Assembly (NCBI GenBank): GCA_037310415.1
Contig: CP147780.1
Span: forward strand, 704,001-768,000
Reading direction: 5' to 3'
DNA: 64,000 bases
DNA from: Candidatus Atabeyarchaeum deiterrae
Lineage (GTDB): Archaea; Asgardarchaeota; Atabeyarchaeia; Atabeyarchaeales; Atabeyarchaeaceae
Both the position numbers and the translations under genes were made by a program. This document shows positions 10,634 to 20,514 of the stretch, in pieces. Under the pieces are notes generated by a model that made no database searches, was not told the origin of the DNA, and was given only the letters and a program-made list of their open reading frames with translations. The number at the start of each line of letters is the position of its first letter. The stretch's first letter is position 1.

Positions 10634-12742
10634 CTATGCTTTCTTGACATGCCCTTGCTTCGGTTCAAAGAGCATGCCATCTCTCTTCAGTTGGTCGATG
10701 GTCCTCCTCGTGTATTCCTTTTCCACTCCCTGTGCTGCAGCGGCTTCAACTACCTTCTCTACTTGAACCATTCCTTCCTTGTCCTCTTTTGCAAATTCCG
10801 TCACAAGCTTCAGTACCAAGTCGATTCTGTCGCGTTGGGACTTACTGCTTCCCACCATGATCGTGTCTATGTCTTGTCTGCCAGTCTCTCTGTCTATCCC
10901 AACTTGCTTCAGGGATGTTTTCATCAGGCGGATTACAGCCTCAACATTCTCAATGGTTATCTCCTTTTTCAATCCCATCTTCGCTCTGGCCTCTGCCAGC
11001 CTCACGAGGGCTTCCAACTGTCTTGCAGTTATCGGAACTGGAGACTCAGGATTCTCCCCCATTGCACGAGTCTCCAAATAGAATTCCTGTATCTTTTTCG
11101 CAGCTTCAGTTGTTAGAACTGGTGCCATATTTCTCTTGGCATAACTAATGTACTTTCTTAATAGCTGAGGAGGAACAGGTGCCTCAGTACCAACTCCCTT
11201 TGATGAATGCAACGAAAGCACATGCTCGGCCATCTTCTTATCTCTCTCAGACTCAGGCTTGTCCGTGATTACAAAAATCAGGTCAAATCTGGAGAGAACA
11301 GTGACCGGGAGCGTAATATTCTCAGCAGGATTCTTAAATGCGTTATACCGCCCAAACGCCGGATTAGCTGCTGCAAGAATAGCTGTTCTCGCATTAAGGG
11401 TGGCAACTATCCCAGCCTTGGCAATCGAGATTGTCTGTTGTTCCATCGCCTGATGTATGGCTACTCTATCCTGAGGATTCATCTTGTCAAATTCATCAAC
11501 ACAGGCTACCCCACGATCAGCTAGTACAAGCGCCCCAGCCTCTAGCGTCATGTCACCTGTATCGGCATCTCTGAGTACGGCAGCTGTCAGACCCGCTGCA
11601 CTGGAACCTTTTCCAGAAGTATAGAGGCCCCTAGGTGCGATCTCTGCTGTGTATAGAAGTAACTGGGACTTTGCAGTTCCCGGATCACCCACAAGAAGTA
11701 CGTTTATCTCTCCTCGGATCCTGACGCCATCTGGAAGGGTTTTCGCCACTCCTCCAAAAAGGGCAAGAGCGATAGCCTCTTTGATGTCTTCCAGACCATA
11801 GATTGAAGGGGCTATTGATTTTACTATCTTTTGATAAACCCAGTCATCCTTGGCGAGGTCAAGTATTGTCTGTTCTTCTTCAGGCGATATTTCAACCCTC
11901 TCACTTTCCTTGTCTTTGGTATCAACATAGTTTGTATCCATGTAAGTTCTGAAGGTGGTAAGACGGCCTCTCTTTGGTGCAAAGTCTTGAATCGACATCA
12001 ACACACCAATCAAAGCAACACGATCGCCTGGCCTGGCAGTGTCAACTAGATCCTCCTTCACTATGGCATCTGTAGATCTCGGCATCTGACCAGGCGGGAG
12101 TTCCTCTGGCATCTCTTGGATTCTTATCTTCTGCCAGTCAACAAACTTGGAGTCTTCAGCCAGCAGTGTAAAAGAGCCTTCGCGCTTGCAATTTGGATTA
12201 CTGCACTTGAGTGGCGGAGTGAACCTACCTTCAACTTGTGGGATTTCATCGGTTTTCTGACCACAGCCACATTGAAAGACACCAACCACAAGTTGAGGCT
12301 TAACTTCGCTGACTCTTGTGACAATGCCGTCGACCATGATGAGTTTGCCAATGTGGTTCGCTCTGATCAAGCGGAGTTTTACCTTACTGTCCAAGTTCTT
12401 TAGCCGAGCCTTGAACTCCGCCCCTTTCTCGATTACCTGAAGAACATAGTCGTGATCTTCGAGGTCAACAACGTCCTTGATCGCATCGGAGGCGTACTTT
12501 AGCCACTCAGGTCTATCAATAAGTTGCTTAGCGAGTTGAGGATCGTACCTAAGAAGCTCATTAAAATCGATAACAATAAACCTTTCTCCAGTTAGTGGCA
12601 GTCGCTGGATCATCTCACGATACTTGAGTGACCCAGATTCAGCACGATATGACTTGAAGAACGTCAAGTACCTTTGGTAGACATCAATTTCTTCGTCCGT
12701 TCTTATCGTGGCGCTTTGATTAGTCATTCTTGAGGTTGTCAC
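10634..12742 (-). CDS. mcm: replicative MCM helicase (no intein)
   Basis: Zn finger, GDPGTAKSQ, SSAAGLTAAV, VDEFDKM, SRFDL, TARQLEALVRL, C-terminal winged helix. Confidence 0.98.
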   Translation of the reverse strand: MTTSRMTNQSATIRTDEEIDVYQRYLTFFKSYRAESGSLKYREMIQRLPLTGERFIVIDFNELLRYDPQLAKQLIDRPEWLKYASDAIKDVVDLEDHDYVLQVIEKGAEFKARLKNLDSKVKLRLIRANHIGKLIMVDGIVTRVSEVKPQLVVGVFQCGCGQKTDEIPQVEGRFTPPLKCSNPNCKREGSFTLLAEDSKFVDWQKIRIQEMPEELPPGQMPRSTDAIVKEDLVDTARPGDRVALIGVLMSIQDFAPKRGRLTTFRTYMDTNYVDTKDKESERVEISPEEEQTILDLAKDDWVYQKIVKSIAPSIYGLEDIKEAIALALFGGVAKTLPDGVRIRGEINVLLVGDPGTAKSQLLLYTAEIAPRGLYTSGKGSSAAGLTAAVLRDADTGDMTLEAGALVLADRGVACVDEFDKMNPQDRVAIHQAMEQQTISIAKAGIVATLNARTAILAAANPAFGRYNAFKNPAENITLPVTVLSRFDLIFVITDKPESERDKKMAEHVLSLHSSKGVGTEAPVPPQLLRKYISYAKRNMAPVLTTEAAKKIQEFYLETRAMGENPESPVPITARQLEALVRLAEARAKMGLKKEITIENVEAVIRLMKTSLKQVGIDRETGRQDIDTIMVGSSKSQRDRIDLVLKLVTEFAKEDKEGMVQVEKVVEAAAAQGVEKEYTRRTIDQLKRDGMLFEPKQGHVKKA

Positions 12743-12743
12743 C

Positions 12744-13310
12744 TCATTTCCCTAGAATGCCTCTCTCCCAGCTTCTCAACAACGCCGTGAGACGATGGTG
12801 TAGCCACCCTTCCTCGCTTGGCATCAGGTTCGTGATAGCGGGAACGTCATTGCCTCTCAGCGATATTTTCACTATCTTGGATAATCGGACAGATACGATG
12901 TCCCGCAGAAGCGTTTCAAATTGAGCAAGCTCCCTAACGTTGTCAAGACTACGCGTTTCTTTCTTGGCCCTCTCATGAAGTGAGTTTAGGAGTTCCTTCG
13001 CCAGAAAATAGAAATCCTCCGGCAATTTCTGGAGCTGGGTCTCTCTTTGTTCCTTCCAGAGGATCTTCTGAAAATCCTCATAGCTCAACTTAGAACTCTC
13101 TCTAGCTATAGCCATATTAGCTTTGATTAACGCCTCGGCTGCCCATAGAGGCAAAGTGACATCTTGGCCCTTAGGGATCGAGGCGAGATCTCTTCCTGCA
13201 ATGACAAGATCATCTAGGGGCTTTGTGATTGTGACTTTAACTTGTTTGTTATTTCTTTCAAATTCAAATAGCGTAGGGTTGAATTCGAGATCATCCACGT
13301 AAAACACCAT
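12744..13310 (-). CDS. gins23: GINS complex subunit, Gins23 type (B-A domain order)
   Basis: N-terminal B-domain (VTLPLWAAEAL), QLQKLPEDFY, RLSKIVK, LMPSEE; immediately upstream of mcm. Confidence 0.82.
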   Translation of the reverse strand: MVFYVDDLEFNPTLFEFERNNKQVKVTITKPLDDLVIAGRDLASIPKGQDVTLPLWAAEALIKANMAIARESSKLSYEDFQKILWKEQRETQLQKLPEDFYFLAKELLNSLHERAKKETRSLDNVRELAQFETLLRDIVSVRLSKIVKISLRGNDVPAITNLMPSEEGWLHHRLTALLRSWERGILGK

Positions 13311-13676
13311 CCTCCTAGAAGATGAGGAATGCTCTTAAATCTTCCATTTTTCCGGGAAATGATCCTGAATGAGTTACTGCCTACAATTTCCACGTTGTTC
13401 AACTTATCGGTGGTGTGCAAACGATCATCCTAGAACTGATTGATAAGCCAGATCAGCGAATGGGTTTTCTCCAAAGTAAGTTTGGTGAATCTCTTGCTAC
13501 CATGAGTTGACGAATGTGAAAGAAAAAAGTCTATAAGATGAAGGTGGTCTACCTTGATTATCTGTGTTGATGATTTACTCCCTGAGTTGTTCCGCTTTTC
13601 GTTTGTCTGCGGACAATAATGTGAATTGTCCCAGTGGCGATTGAAGTTCTTCTGATAATGAGAAGAGGCTGATATA

Positions 13677-14381
13677 ATGAAGAATGGGAATCGCATAATC
13701 GCGGGCTCTTCAACAAGATTAGTGGCGCTAGCAGCTATCATGACTGCGGTTGTCACTGCGGCCACATTCAGTCTCAGAATACCAATACCGGCAACCCAGG
13801 GTTACTTTAACGTTGGAGACTCAATGATTTTCGTGTCAGCGCTTTTGTTTGGTCCTTTAATAGGTGCGTTCTCTGGTGGTGTCGGGTCAATGTTGTCTGA
13901 TATTCTTGCCACTGCACCTTGGTATGCCCCTGGCACTTTGGTCATTAAGGGTCTCGAGGGATTCGTCATCGGATTCCTTTTTCAACGGATCAGATCGGAC
14001 AAGTCGAAAAAATCGGGTAGAGAGAAGTATCTAGCAACTGGATTGATGCTCGCATTTCTCGCTGTGGTAGTTCTCATGGGTCTTTATCTGGGTACCTCGC
14101 AAGATCCTATCATATGGATGGTTGTCTCAGTCGTTCCAACCCTACCAGTGATTGGCATTGTCTACCATTATCGACATGACACTCGTGCAATTGTATGCAC
14201 CCTATTGATGCTTCTAGGTGGAGCAATAATGGTCACTGGTTATTATCTCTATGAATTCTTCGCATTGGGATATGGAATAGGTGCCATAGTAGAAGTGCCT
14301 CTGAATATAGTTCAAGCCTTGGCGAGTGTCATGATTGCTCTGCCCGTATACCTTGGAGTGAGCAGGGCAATATCCGTCTGA
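13677..14381 (+). CDS. ECF transporter S component
   Basis: IPIPATQGYFNVGDSMIF, GGVGSMLSD, APGTLVIKGLEG; multi-TM. Confidence 0.88.
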   Translation: MKNGNRIIAGSSTRLVALAAIMTAVVTAATFSLRIPIPATQGYFNVGDSMIFVSALLFGPLIGAFSGGVGSMLSDILATAPWYAPGTLVIKGLEGFVIGFLFQRIRSDKSKKSGREKYLATGLMLAFLAVVVLMGLYLGTSQDPIIWMVVSVVPTLPVIGIVYHYRHDTRAIVCTLLMLLGGAIMVTGYYLYEFFALGYGIGAIVEVPLNIVQALASVMIALPVYLGVSRAISV

Positions 14382-14500
14382 ACAATTTCAGTCTCGTAGT
14401 GTCAGGCGCTTCTTTCAGCGCTCAGGCATCGCGAGTTGGCTCGTTGAGATAGCTTTTATATCTGCGTCAATCTGTTTTCGTTTTGCTATTGTGAGCATGA

Positions 14501-15277
14501 TTGGATGTTGATAGAGGGATCCATTTGCATTACATAGTCATGATGGGGACTGCTGGATGCGGAAAATCCACTCTGACAAACGCTTTGGAATCCTACATGA
14601 AACACCATGAACTAGACGTCATAACGGTGAACCTTGATCCAGCCGCCCATAGACTACCTTATACGCCCGACGTTGACATCAGAGACTACGTGGACGTTGA
14701 TGAGGTGATGAATCAACTTGGTCTGGGACCAAACGGAGCCCTAATAGCTGCAGTTGACATGGTCGCAGGGCAAATAGACAAAATCAAAGGCGAGATAGAA
14801 GAATTCAAGGCAGACTATGGCATCATCGATACCCCAGGTCAGGTGGAACTGTTCGCCTATCGTTCCACAGGTCCACTGATTGTGTCCGCCCTCGAAGGGA
14901 AAACCACAGTAAATCTGCATTTACTTGATCCAAATCTAGTTAGAAACTCAAATGGCTTCGTTTCTCTGAGCTTGCTCGGGCTTTCCCTACAGTACAGATT
15001 TAGGGCAGCCCAATTCACCCTGCTCGCCAAAAGCGACCTACTTTCGGAAGAAGAAGTCAATCGGATCATTGGTTGGTCAACTGATCCTTTTGGACTCTAT
15101 GAAGATGTGGACACGGTCGGAAAAGGGGTTACTGGAGACTTGAACAGAATGATCTGTGAGTTGCTTGAGAGAATCGGTTCTCAGAGCGAAATAATACCAG
15201 TCTCTGCTGAGACCAGTGACGGACTGGATCGACTTTACGCAGAACTCGAAAGAATATGGGTAGAGGATAACTTTTAG
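14501..15277 (+). CDS. GPN-loop GTPase
   Basis: GTAGCGKST, NLDPA, LGPNGAL (GPN motif), DTPGQVELF. Confidence 0.95.
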   Translation: MDVDRGIHLHYIVMMGTAGCGKSTLTNALESYMKHHELDVITVNLDPAAHRLPYTPDVDIRDYVDVDEVMNQLGLGPNGALIAAVDMVAGQIDKIKGEIEEFKADYGIIDTPGQVELFAYRSTGPLIVSALEGKTTVNLHLLDPNLVRNSNGFVSLSLLGLSLQYRFRAAQFTLLAKSDLLSEEEVNRIIGWSTDPFGLYEDVDTVGKGVTGDLNRMICELLERIGSQSEIIPVSAETSDGLDRLYAELERIWVEDNF

Positions 15278-15432
15278 GGTTGCTTTTGGCTGCCTTGGAC
15301 ATTACAGACAAGTCTCACCTCCAATGATCTTTAATTCTCCACTGAAAATCCTTATAAATAAGGGATTTCAACTCTTAAAGCGAGTCTTCGGTAAGCACTT
15401 CATACTTCTCTGTTGGTTCTTGGTGATGCATT

Positions 15433-16185
15433 GTGGGCGATAGTAGTGTTGACAGAATAATCAAGGGTGCCTTATCAATTGGAAGGAATTTCTTGCTGGA
15501 GCCGGAGTCGAAGGAAGTTGTCGGCCTTTACGGCATGCCTGTGACCAGGTTCAAGGTGGTTAAGTCAGCTGAGGAAGCAGTGAAATTCGCTACTGAGATA
15601 GGATATCCAGTCGTAGTCAAGATAGTTTCGCCCGACGTTCTCCACAAGAGTGATGTAGGAGCAGTTAAGATCAATCTGAAGAATGCGGAAGAGGTTAAAT
15701 CGGCTTTTGAAGAGATTTCCAAGAACGTTAAGAAGTTTAAGAGCAACGCAAAAATCACTGGGTATATTGTCGAGCAGCTTGCTCCACAAGGTCATGAGGT
15801 CATAGTCGGAATGGCTAAGGATCCACAATTTGGTCCTGCGTTGATGTTCGGACTGGGAGGAATCTTTGTTGAGGTCTTGAAGGATGTATCATTTCGTATT
15901 GCTCCACTCACGGAATATGATGCGCGTGAAATGGTGCAGGAAATAAAAGGATACCCCATATTAACGGGTATCCGAGGTCAGAAACCAGCTGATGTTGACT
16001 CAATTGTAGACATAATCCTCAGAGTTTCAAAACTTGTTACTGAACACCCTGAGATCGAGCAACTGGATCTTAATCCTGTTTTCGTCTACTCAAAGGGGTC
16101 GAAGATCGTAGATGCTAGGATAATCCTGTCACCTGATAGCAAAAACGACGAACGAAGATCGGGCTCTGGAGGAGTGAAGGATTAG
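15433..16185 (+). CDS. ADP-forming acyl-CoA synthetase beta subunit (ATP-grasp)
   Basis: GYPVVVKIVSPDVLHKSDVG, DPQFGP..FGLGGIFVE, LDLNP, VDARI. Confidence 0.9.
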   Translation: MGDSSVDRIIKGALSIGRNFLLEPESKEVVGLYGMPVTRFKVVKSAEEAVKFATEIGYPVVVKIVSPDVLHKSDVGAVKINLKNAEEVKSAFEEISKNVKKFKSNAKITGYIVEQLAPQGHEVIVGMAKDPQFGPALMFGLGGIFVEVLKDVSFRIAPLTEYDAREMVQEIKGYPILTGIRGQKPADVDSIVDIILRVSKLVTEHPEIEQLDLNPVFVYSKGSKIVDARIILSPDSKNDERRSGSGGVKD

Positions 16186-16195
16186 CAGTTTCAGG

Positions 16196-16411
16196 ATGTC
16201 TGAAGCCATTGGCAAGGATGTGTATACTCTAACTGGAAAGCAGGTTGGACGGCTAACTGACCTCCTAATCGATGTTGACTCGAGGTTGGTTTCAGCGGTT
16301 GAAATGAGGGTTAGGAGAAAGAACGGCGGCTTTGAAAGTGAGCGAGTGCTTGTTCCTTACGATATGATTGTTGCACTTGATGACATAGTTCTCGTTGGCG
16401 GCAAGAGGTAA
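16196..16411 (+). CDS. small stand-alone PRC-barrel protein
   Basis: IGKDVYTLTGKQVGRLTDLLID...VLVPYDMIVALDDIVLV matches the PRC-barrel pattern. Confidence 0.8.
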   Translation: MSEAIGKDVYTLTGKQVGRLTDLLIDVDSRLVSAVEMRVRRKNGGFESERVLVPYDMIVALDDIVLVGGKR

Positions 16412-16472
16412 TGCCAGTCCTATTTCTTGAATTCAGATGCAGTGCCTGATGAACATCCAAGGTGTCTATGCG

Positions 16473-17372
16473 ATGTCTGAGGTTCTCAACAACAAGGTTG
16501 GCCAAGATTTACCTAGGTTGTATGATCAGATGAGGGATCTCAGAAATCAGGTTGAAGACCATTACCAAAAGGCATTAGAGTGGAAAGCGAAAAGAGACGA
16601 GCTGAATAGGACAATAAGTCAGCTTGCTCCCAAATTGAAGGAAGAACGCGAACAACGGAATCATGTGAATGAGAAAGTTGCCGAGCTTAAGGTCATGAGG
16701 CAAGGTTTTGGCAAAGAACTTGAAGAAGCAGAGAATGTAACTAATGGGCTTCTTAAACAAAGGAATGAGTTGGTTCAGTCTCTTGAGGATAACCCAGATC
16801 TTCTTAGAGAGAGGATCAAGAAGCTTGAGTGGTTCCTTCAGACCAATGTACTTAGTATCAGCAAGGAGAACGAGATCGTAAAGGAGATCTCTGGGCTTGA
16901 GAAGAAGTTGATTAAGACAAAAGCGATCGATGGTCTCGACAATAAACTTAACCAAGTTACAGACAGGGTTAGAGCCATCCGTGGAAAAATAAATGAATAC
17001 AAGAACCAGATGATGGAACAGGTCAATCTATCTCAGAACCATCATACGGTGGTTATTGACTTGGCGAAACAGATTGCTGTCATGAAAGGGGAAGCTGACA
17101 ATGCGCATGAGAAGTATCTTGAGGAGTTTGGTCTTGCAAGCCAATCGTTCTCCGACTTGAGGAAGATTCGTGAAAGGATCCGAGAAATAAGCGAAAAAGC
17201 TTATTCCGAGAAGTTCAAGAAGAAAGATGATAGGGTCAGAGATATAGAACAAAGGATGGAGTCTGTAGCTAATCAGGCATTTGAGAAAGTCAAGAAGGGC
17301 AGCAAGATCACAATGGACGAGTTATCCGCTCTTGTTGACAAGGGATTCTTCAAAGAGGAGACTCGGAATTAG
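16473..17372 (+). CDS. archaeal long coiled-coil protein (COG1340-like)
   Basis: Heptad-rich; KRDELN, LEWFLQTNVLSISKENEIV, C-terminal KKGSKITMDEL. ATG at 16473 has an AAGGTG SD. Confidence 0.78.
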   Translation: MSEVLNNKVGQDLPRLYDQMRDLRNQVEDHYQKALEWKAKRDELNRTISQLAPKLKEEREQRNHVNEKVAELKVMRQGFGKELEEAENVTNGLLKQRNELVQSLEDNPDLLRERIKKLEWFLQTNVLSISKENEIVKEISGLEKKLIKTKAIDGLDNKLNQVTDRVRAIRGKINEYKNQMMEQVNLSQNHHTVVIDLAKQIAVMKGEADNAHEKYLEEFGLASQSFSDLRKIRERIREISEKAYSEKFKKKDDRVRDIEQRMESVANQAFEKVKKGSKITMDELSALVDKGFFKEETRN

Positions 17373-17407
17373 CATTTTGCCCTTTTCCATAGAAGCTTCT
17401 TGGGGTC

Positions 17408-17815
17408 TCACTTTCTTGAGAGATCGAGGAGTACGACTATGTCAGCCGCATTCTCCAGAGCTTCGTTCGATTTCTCAGGTGTTCGCAAGAGTATGGTTTC
17501 TTTTCCCAATTCCTTAGCCTTGATAAGTGCTGGTAAGATGTTCGGATTTGTTGTGAGAAAGACCACTGAATCCAGTTTTTTGTTGAATGCCATTTCAGTT
17601 GCTTCAAGGGCAACCTGAACATCCACTTCTCCAGGCACAACTATCGGGCTATAACCTTGATGTGTCACCAGTTTCACATTTTCCTCTTGCGAGTTTTGCT
17701 GGTTGAGGATCACTTTTGCGACTTTTGTTACCCCCAAGTCCTCAAGAAGGTTCTTCACCTTGTTTACCATGGCACCGTACTCTTTAACGCCGAGGGTGGA
17801 ACCATCGATTATCAA
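17408..17815 (-). CDS. NYN/LabA-family (TIGR00288-like) PIN-fold protein; true start probably further upstream
   Basis: IIDGS, VDVQVALEA, PALIKAKELGK, LENAAD. Confidence 0.75.
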   Translation of the reverse strand: MIIDGSTLGVKEYGAMVNKVKNLLEDLGVTKVAKVILNQQNSQEENVKLVTHQGYSPIVVPGEVDVQVALEATEMAFNKKLDSVVFLTTNPNILPALIKAKELGKETILLRTPEKSNEALENAADIVVLLDLSRK

Positions 17816-17902
17816 TCCTATTCTTTTCCCTCTTCTTCTGAATCTTAGGAGCCTCGCAAGTCTTCCGATTTTGCTAACTAAGTTCTACCTCCTCTGTCGG
17901 TT

Positions 17903-18757
17903 CTATGCGCCGAATCTTCTTTCCCTTTGCTGATATGATCTTATTGCCCTGAGAAGATCTATTCTTCTGAAAGCTGGCCAATAGACATCGCAGAAGTAGA
18001 GTTCAGAGTAGGCTGCTTGCCAGAGAAGGAATCCAGAAAGTCTTTCCTCTCCTGATGTCCGTACAATCAGATCTGGATCAGGCAAGCCTGCCGTGTAAAG
18101 GTGGCTCTCTACGAGCTGTTCATCGATTTGCTCGGCCTTTAGTTCGCCGGCCACTATTCTAGCGGCTATCTTCTTGAAGGCGTCGACTATCTCTGTTCTT
18201 CCGCCGTAGCTGATGGCGATGTTCAAGAAGTGTCTGTCGTATTTCTCTGTTGCTCGCTCTATTTGTCTGATAGGGTTTATTATGCTCTTAGGAAGCAAAG
18301 ATAACCGCCCTATTGCCCTTACCCTTACTTTGTACTTGTGAATAAGAGGATCTTCAATTATCTCGGTGAACCTAGTTTTGATTATTGAGAAGATTTCGTT
18401 GACTTCCTTTCGCGATCTTCCGAAGTTCTCAGTTGAGAAAGCGTACAAAGTAACGACCTTTATTCCTGCCTCGAAAGACCAAAGCAGGAATTCCTTTACC
18501 TTGTCGGCGCCGAGTCGGTGACCTAGCCATGGCTGAAGGCCCATGCTTCGGGCAAACCTTCTATTTCCGTCAAGTATGATCCCCACATGTTTAGGGCCGT
18601 TTCTAAGGTCGACTTGTCTCCATAGGAACCATTCATACAGCCTATAAATTGGCGCTAGAGCTCTCAATTCCTTCAATTCAGCGTCTCCCTTTGTATCCCT
18701 TATGGCATCACGTGGTGGGGTGGAACCATTGTCATCTTCATAAGGACTACTTTCCAC
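17903..18757 (-). CDS. uppS: cis-prenyltransferase (polyprenyl diphosphate synthase)
   Basis: HVGIILDGNRRFA, YAFSTENF, YGGRTEI, RTSGEERLSGFL, ERRFG. Confidence 0.96.
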   Translation of the reverse strand: MESSPYEDDNGSTPPRDAIRDTKGDAELKELRALAPIYRLYEWFLWRQVDLRNGPKHVGIILDGNRRFARSMGLQPWLGHRLGADKVKEFLLWSFEAGIKVVTLYAFSTENFGRSRKEVNEIFSIIKTRFTEIIEDPLIHKYKVRVRAIGRLSLLPKSIINPIRQIERATEKYDRHFLNIAISYGGRTEIVDAFKKIAARIVAGELKAEQIDEQLVESHLYTAGLPDPDLIVRTSGEERLSGFLLWQAAYSELYFCDVYWPAFRRIDLLRAIRSYQQRERRFGA

Positions 18758-18822
18758 TTATATTATGTTTCTCATCCTTCGACCAACAGCCAAAAGTCAG
18801 TATCTATCATCGAGGGAGATCA

Positions 18823-19221
18823 TCATATTAGCTCAGCTATTCTGTCAGCTGATCTCTTCATATCAAGAAACACAAGCCCTAGTTTGACGTCTTTTCTTGC
18901 AGAGATCGTGAGTACTGCGTTTGATCCTGCTCCCATGGCTATGATGTACCCTTCCTTCCCTTTGACAAAGATCTGTTCTATTTCTCCCTTACCGAGTTCT
19001 GAGGATGCACGTTCGCCAAGAGAGAGCATGGCCGCTGTCATTGCGGCTATCTTCGTTTCGTCGACATCTGCTGGCAGGGCCGAGGCTATTGGCAATCCCT
19101 CAATGCTCACTATTATCGCCGCTTCAATCTCAGAGACGGATGCCTCAAGATCCTTGAGTACCTGTTCAAGCGTTCCAGCTTTTGCTCCAGAAGCCGTTTC
19201 CAAGTCCTTACTCGCCCTCAT
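18823..19221 (-). CDS. roadblock/LC7 (MglB-like) protein
   Basis: IEAAIIVSIEGLPIAS, AAMTAAMLSLGER, KLGLVFLDM. Confidence 0.9.
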   Translation of the reverse strand: MRASKDLETASGAKAGTLEQVLKDLEASVSEIEAAIIVSIEGLPIASALPADVDETKIAAMTAAMLSLGERASSELGKGEIEQIFVKGKEGYIIAMGAGSNAVLTISARKDVKLGLVFLDMKRSADRIAELI

Positions 19222-19296
19222 CAGCGATTCGTTATGGAACAGAAGTCTGCGAACGGATAGGTTGCTGTTCCAGCATATAGTGGCTATCGCGGTGTA

Positions 19297-19875
19297 CTAA
19301 ACTGATGGAAGTGAACCCTTATAAAGTCTCTTGAGGAGAACATCCCTTGCAATCGCCTGGAATGCTCTGCGCACACCTGTTCCCTTTGTGGCTATCGTTT
19401 CAAATATCGGTACATCTTTTATTCCCAGAGAATCGATGATCGCCTTTCGGTCCATCGCACCAGGCTCATCTCTCTTATTAAGCATAACGACCAGTGGTAT
19501 GTTGCTATTCAAGTTGTTGCCAAGCATCTGCTTCAGTTCATTAAGACTTTCAACATTCTCATTAGACTGGGACGCAAGTGAATCCGCTACAAATATAATT
19601 CCATCTGTTCCTTGGATCACAATCCTTCTCTGATGTCTATGTCTTCTCTGACCTGCAACCGTGAAAACATCAAAAATAACCTTACCACTTGCAGAAAGTG
19701 GGGTATAGTCAAAATAGAGGGTTCTTCCAGTAGGATCCTCTACTGAAGTGAATCCTCCTTTGGCAAGTCCTTCAATGTTATCGTATATCCATCTAAGTGC
19801 TGTTGTTTTCCCCGAGAGTGTTGGCCCCCAGAAGACAATCTTGAAATGCATTCTTCCCTCTGCATCTTTGTTCAC
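19297..19875 (-). CDS. MglA-type small GTPase
   Basis: G1 GPTLSGKTT, G2 RTLYFD, G3 TVAGQ (no Asp, as in MglA), G4 NKRD. Confidence 0.9.
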   Translation of the reverse strand: MNKDAEGRMHFKIVFWGPTLSGKTTALRWIYDNIEGLAKGGFTSVEDPTGRTLYFDYTPLSASGKVIFDVFTVAGQRRHRHQRRIVIQGTDGIIFVADSLASQSNENVESLNELKQMLGNNLNSNIPLVVMLNKRDEPGAMDRKAIIDSLGIKDVPIFETIATKGTGVRRAFQAIARDVLLKRLYKGSLPSV

Positions 19876-19899
19876 TGGAGATCGACCTTCTATATGCGT

Positions 19900-20367
19900 T
19901 TACTGCGGGAACTTCTCCAATTCATTGAGAGCTGCTTTCAGCTCATCTTCTTCGGATTTCCCTGTCCCTGGAGGTGCTGCTCGTGACTCCAAAAACTCAC
20001 TAAGGGTTTTCTGAAGCTCGTCTGAGGATTTCTTCACGACTAGTCTAATCATTCCCATGTTTATGCTAGGGTCAGTGATGACGCAGAGAACACCCTTTCC
20101 ACAACTGGCAGCAAAAATCTTGCCGCTCTCAAATTCCGAAGTCACTATCTTTAGGTCGCCAATTTCCAGACTCTTTCCCTGTTCCTCGCTAGCGCAAAAC
20201 ACAGCGCTGGCTATGGCACCTATACCGTCTACGTCCACGGGTTGATATGAGAACTTGGACACGTGAGCGATTGTCAACCCAGTCTTGTCGACCAGTATGA
20301 CTTTCTTGATACCGGGCTCACTTCTTATGACATTGCTTAGTATTTTGTCAAAGGCCTTAACGTCCAT
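19900..20367 (-). CDS. roadblock/LC7 protein with C-terminal helical tail
   Basis: VILVDKTGLTIA, GAIASAVF, NMGMIRL; tail EEDELKAALNELE. Confidence 0.85.
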   Translation of the reverse strand: MDVKAFDKILSNVIRSEPGIKKVILVDKTGLTIAHVSKFSYQPVDVDGIGAIASAVFCASEEQGKSLEIGDLKIVTSEFESGKIFAASCGKGVLCVITDPSINMGMIRLVVKKSSDELQKTLSEFLESRAAPPGTGKSEEDELKAALNELEKFPQ

Positions 20368-20514
20368 TTTTTCCTTCCTCCAAAACTGATAGGATTCATG
20401 TCTTAGATTGCACGCAACATTGAGATAACAATCCTAATCGTTCAATAGTAATGAGAATTTGTACTCCATGATCTTTCTTAGACATGTGTCAAATAGCTAA
20501 TGCAAATCGATACG

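Noticed and set aside
8360-12742. Inteins in Hel308/MCM (also RFC-S)
   Set aside because: Normal protein lengths, contiguous motifs and no intein splice signatures
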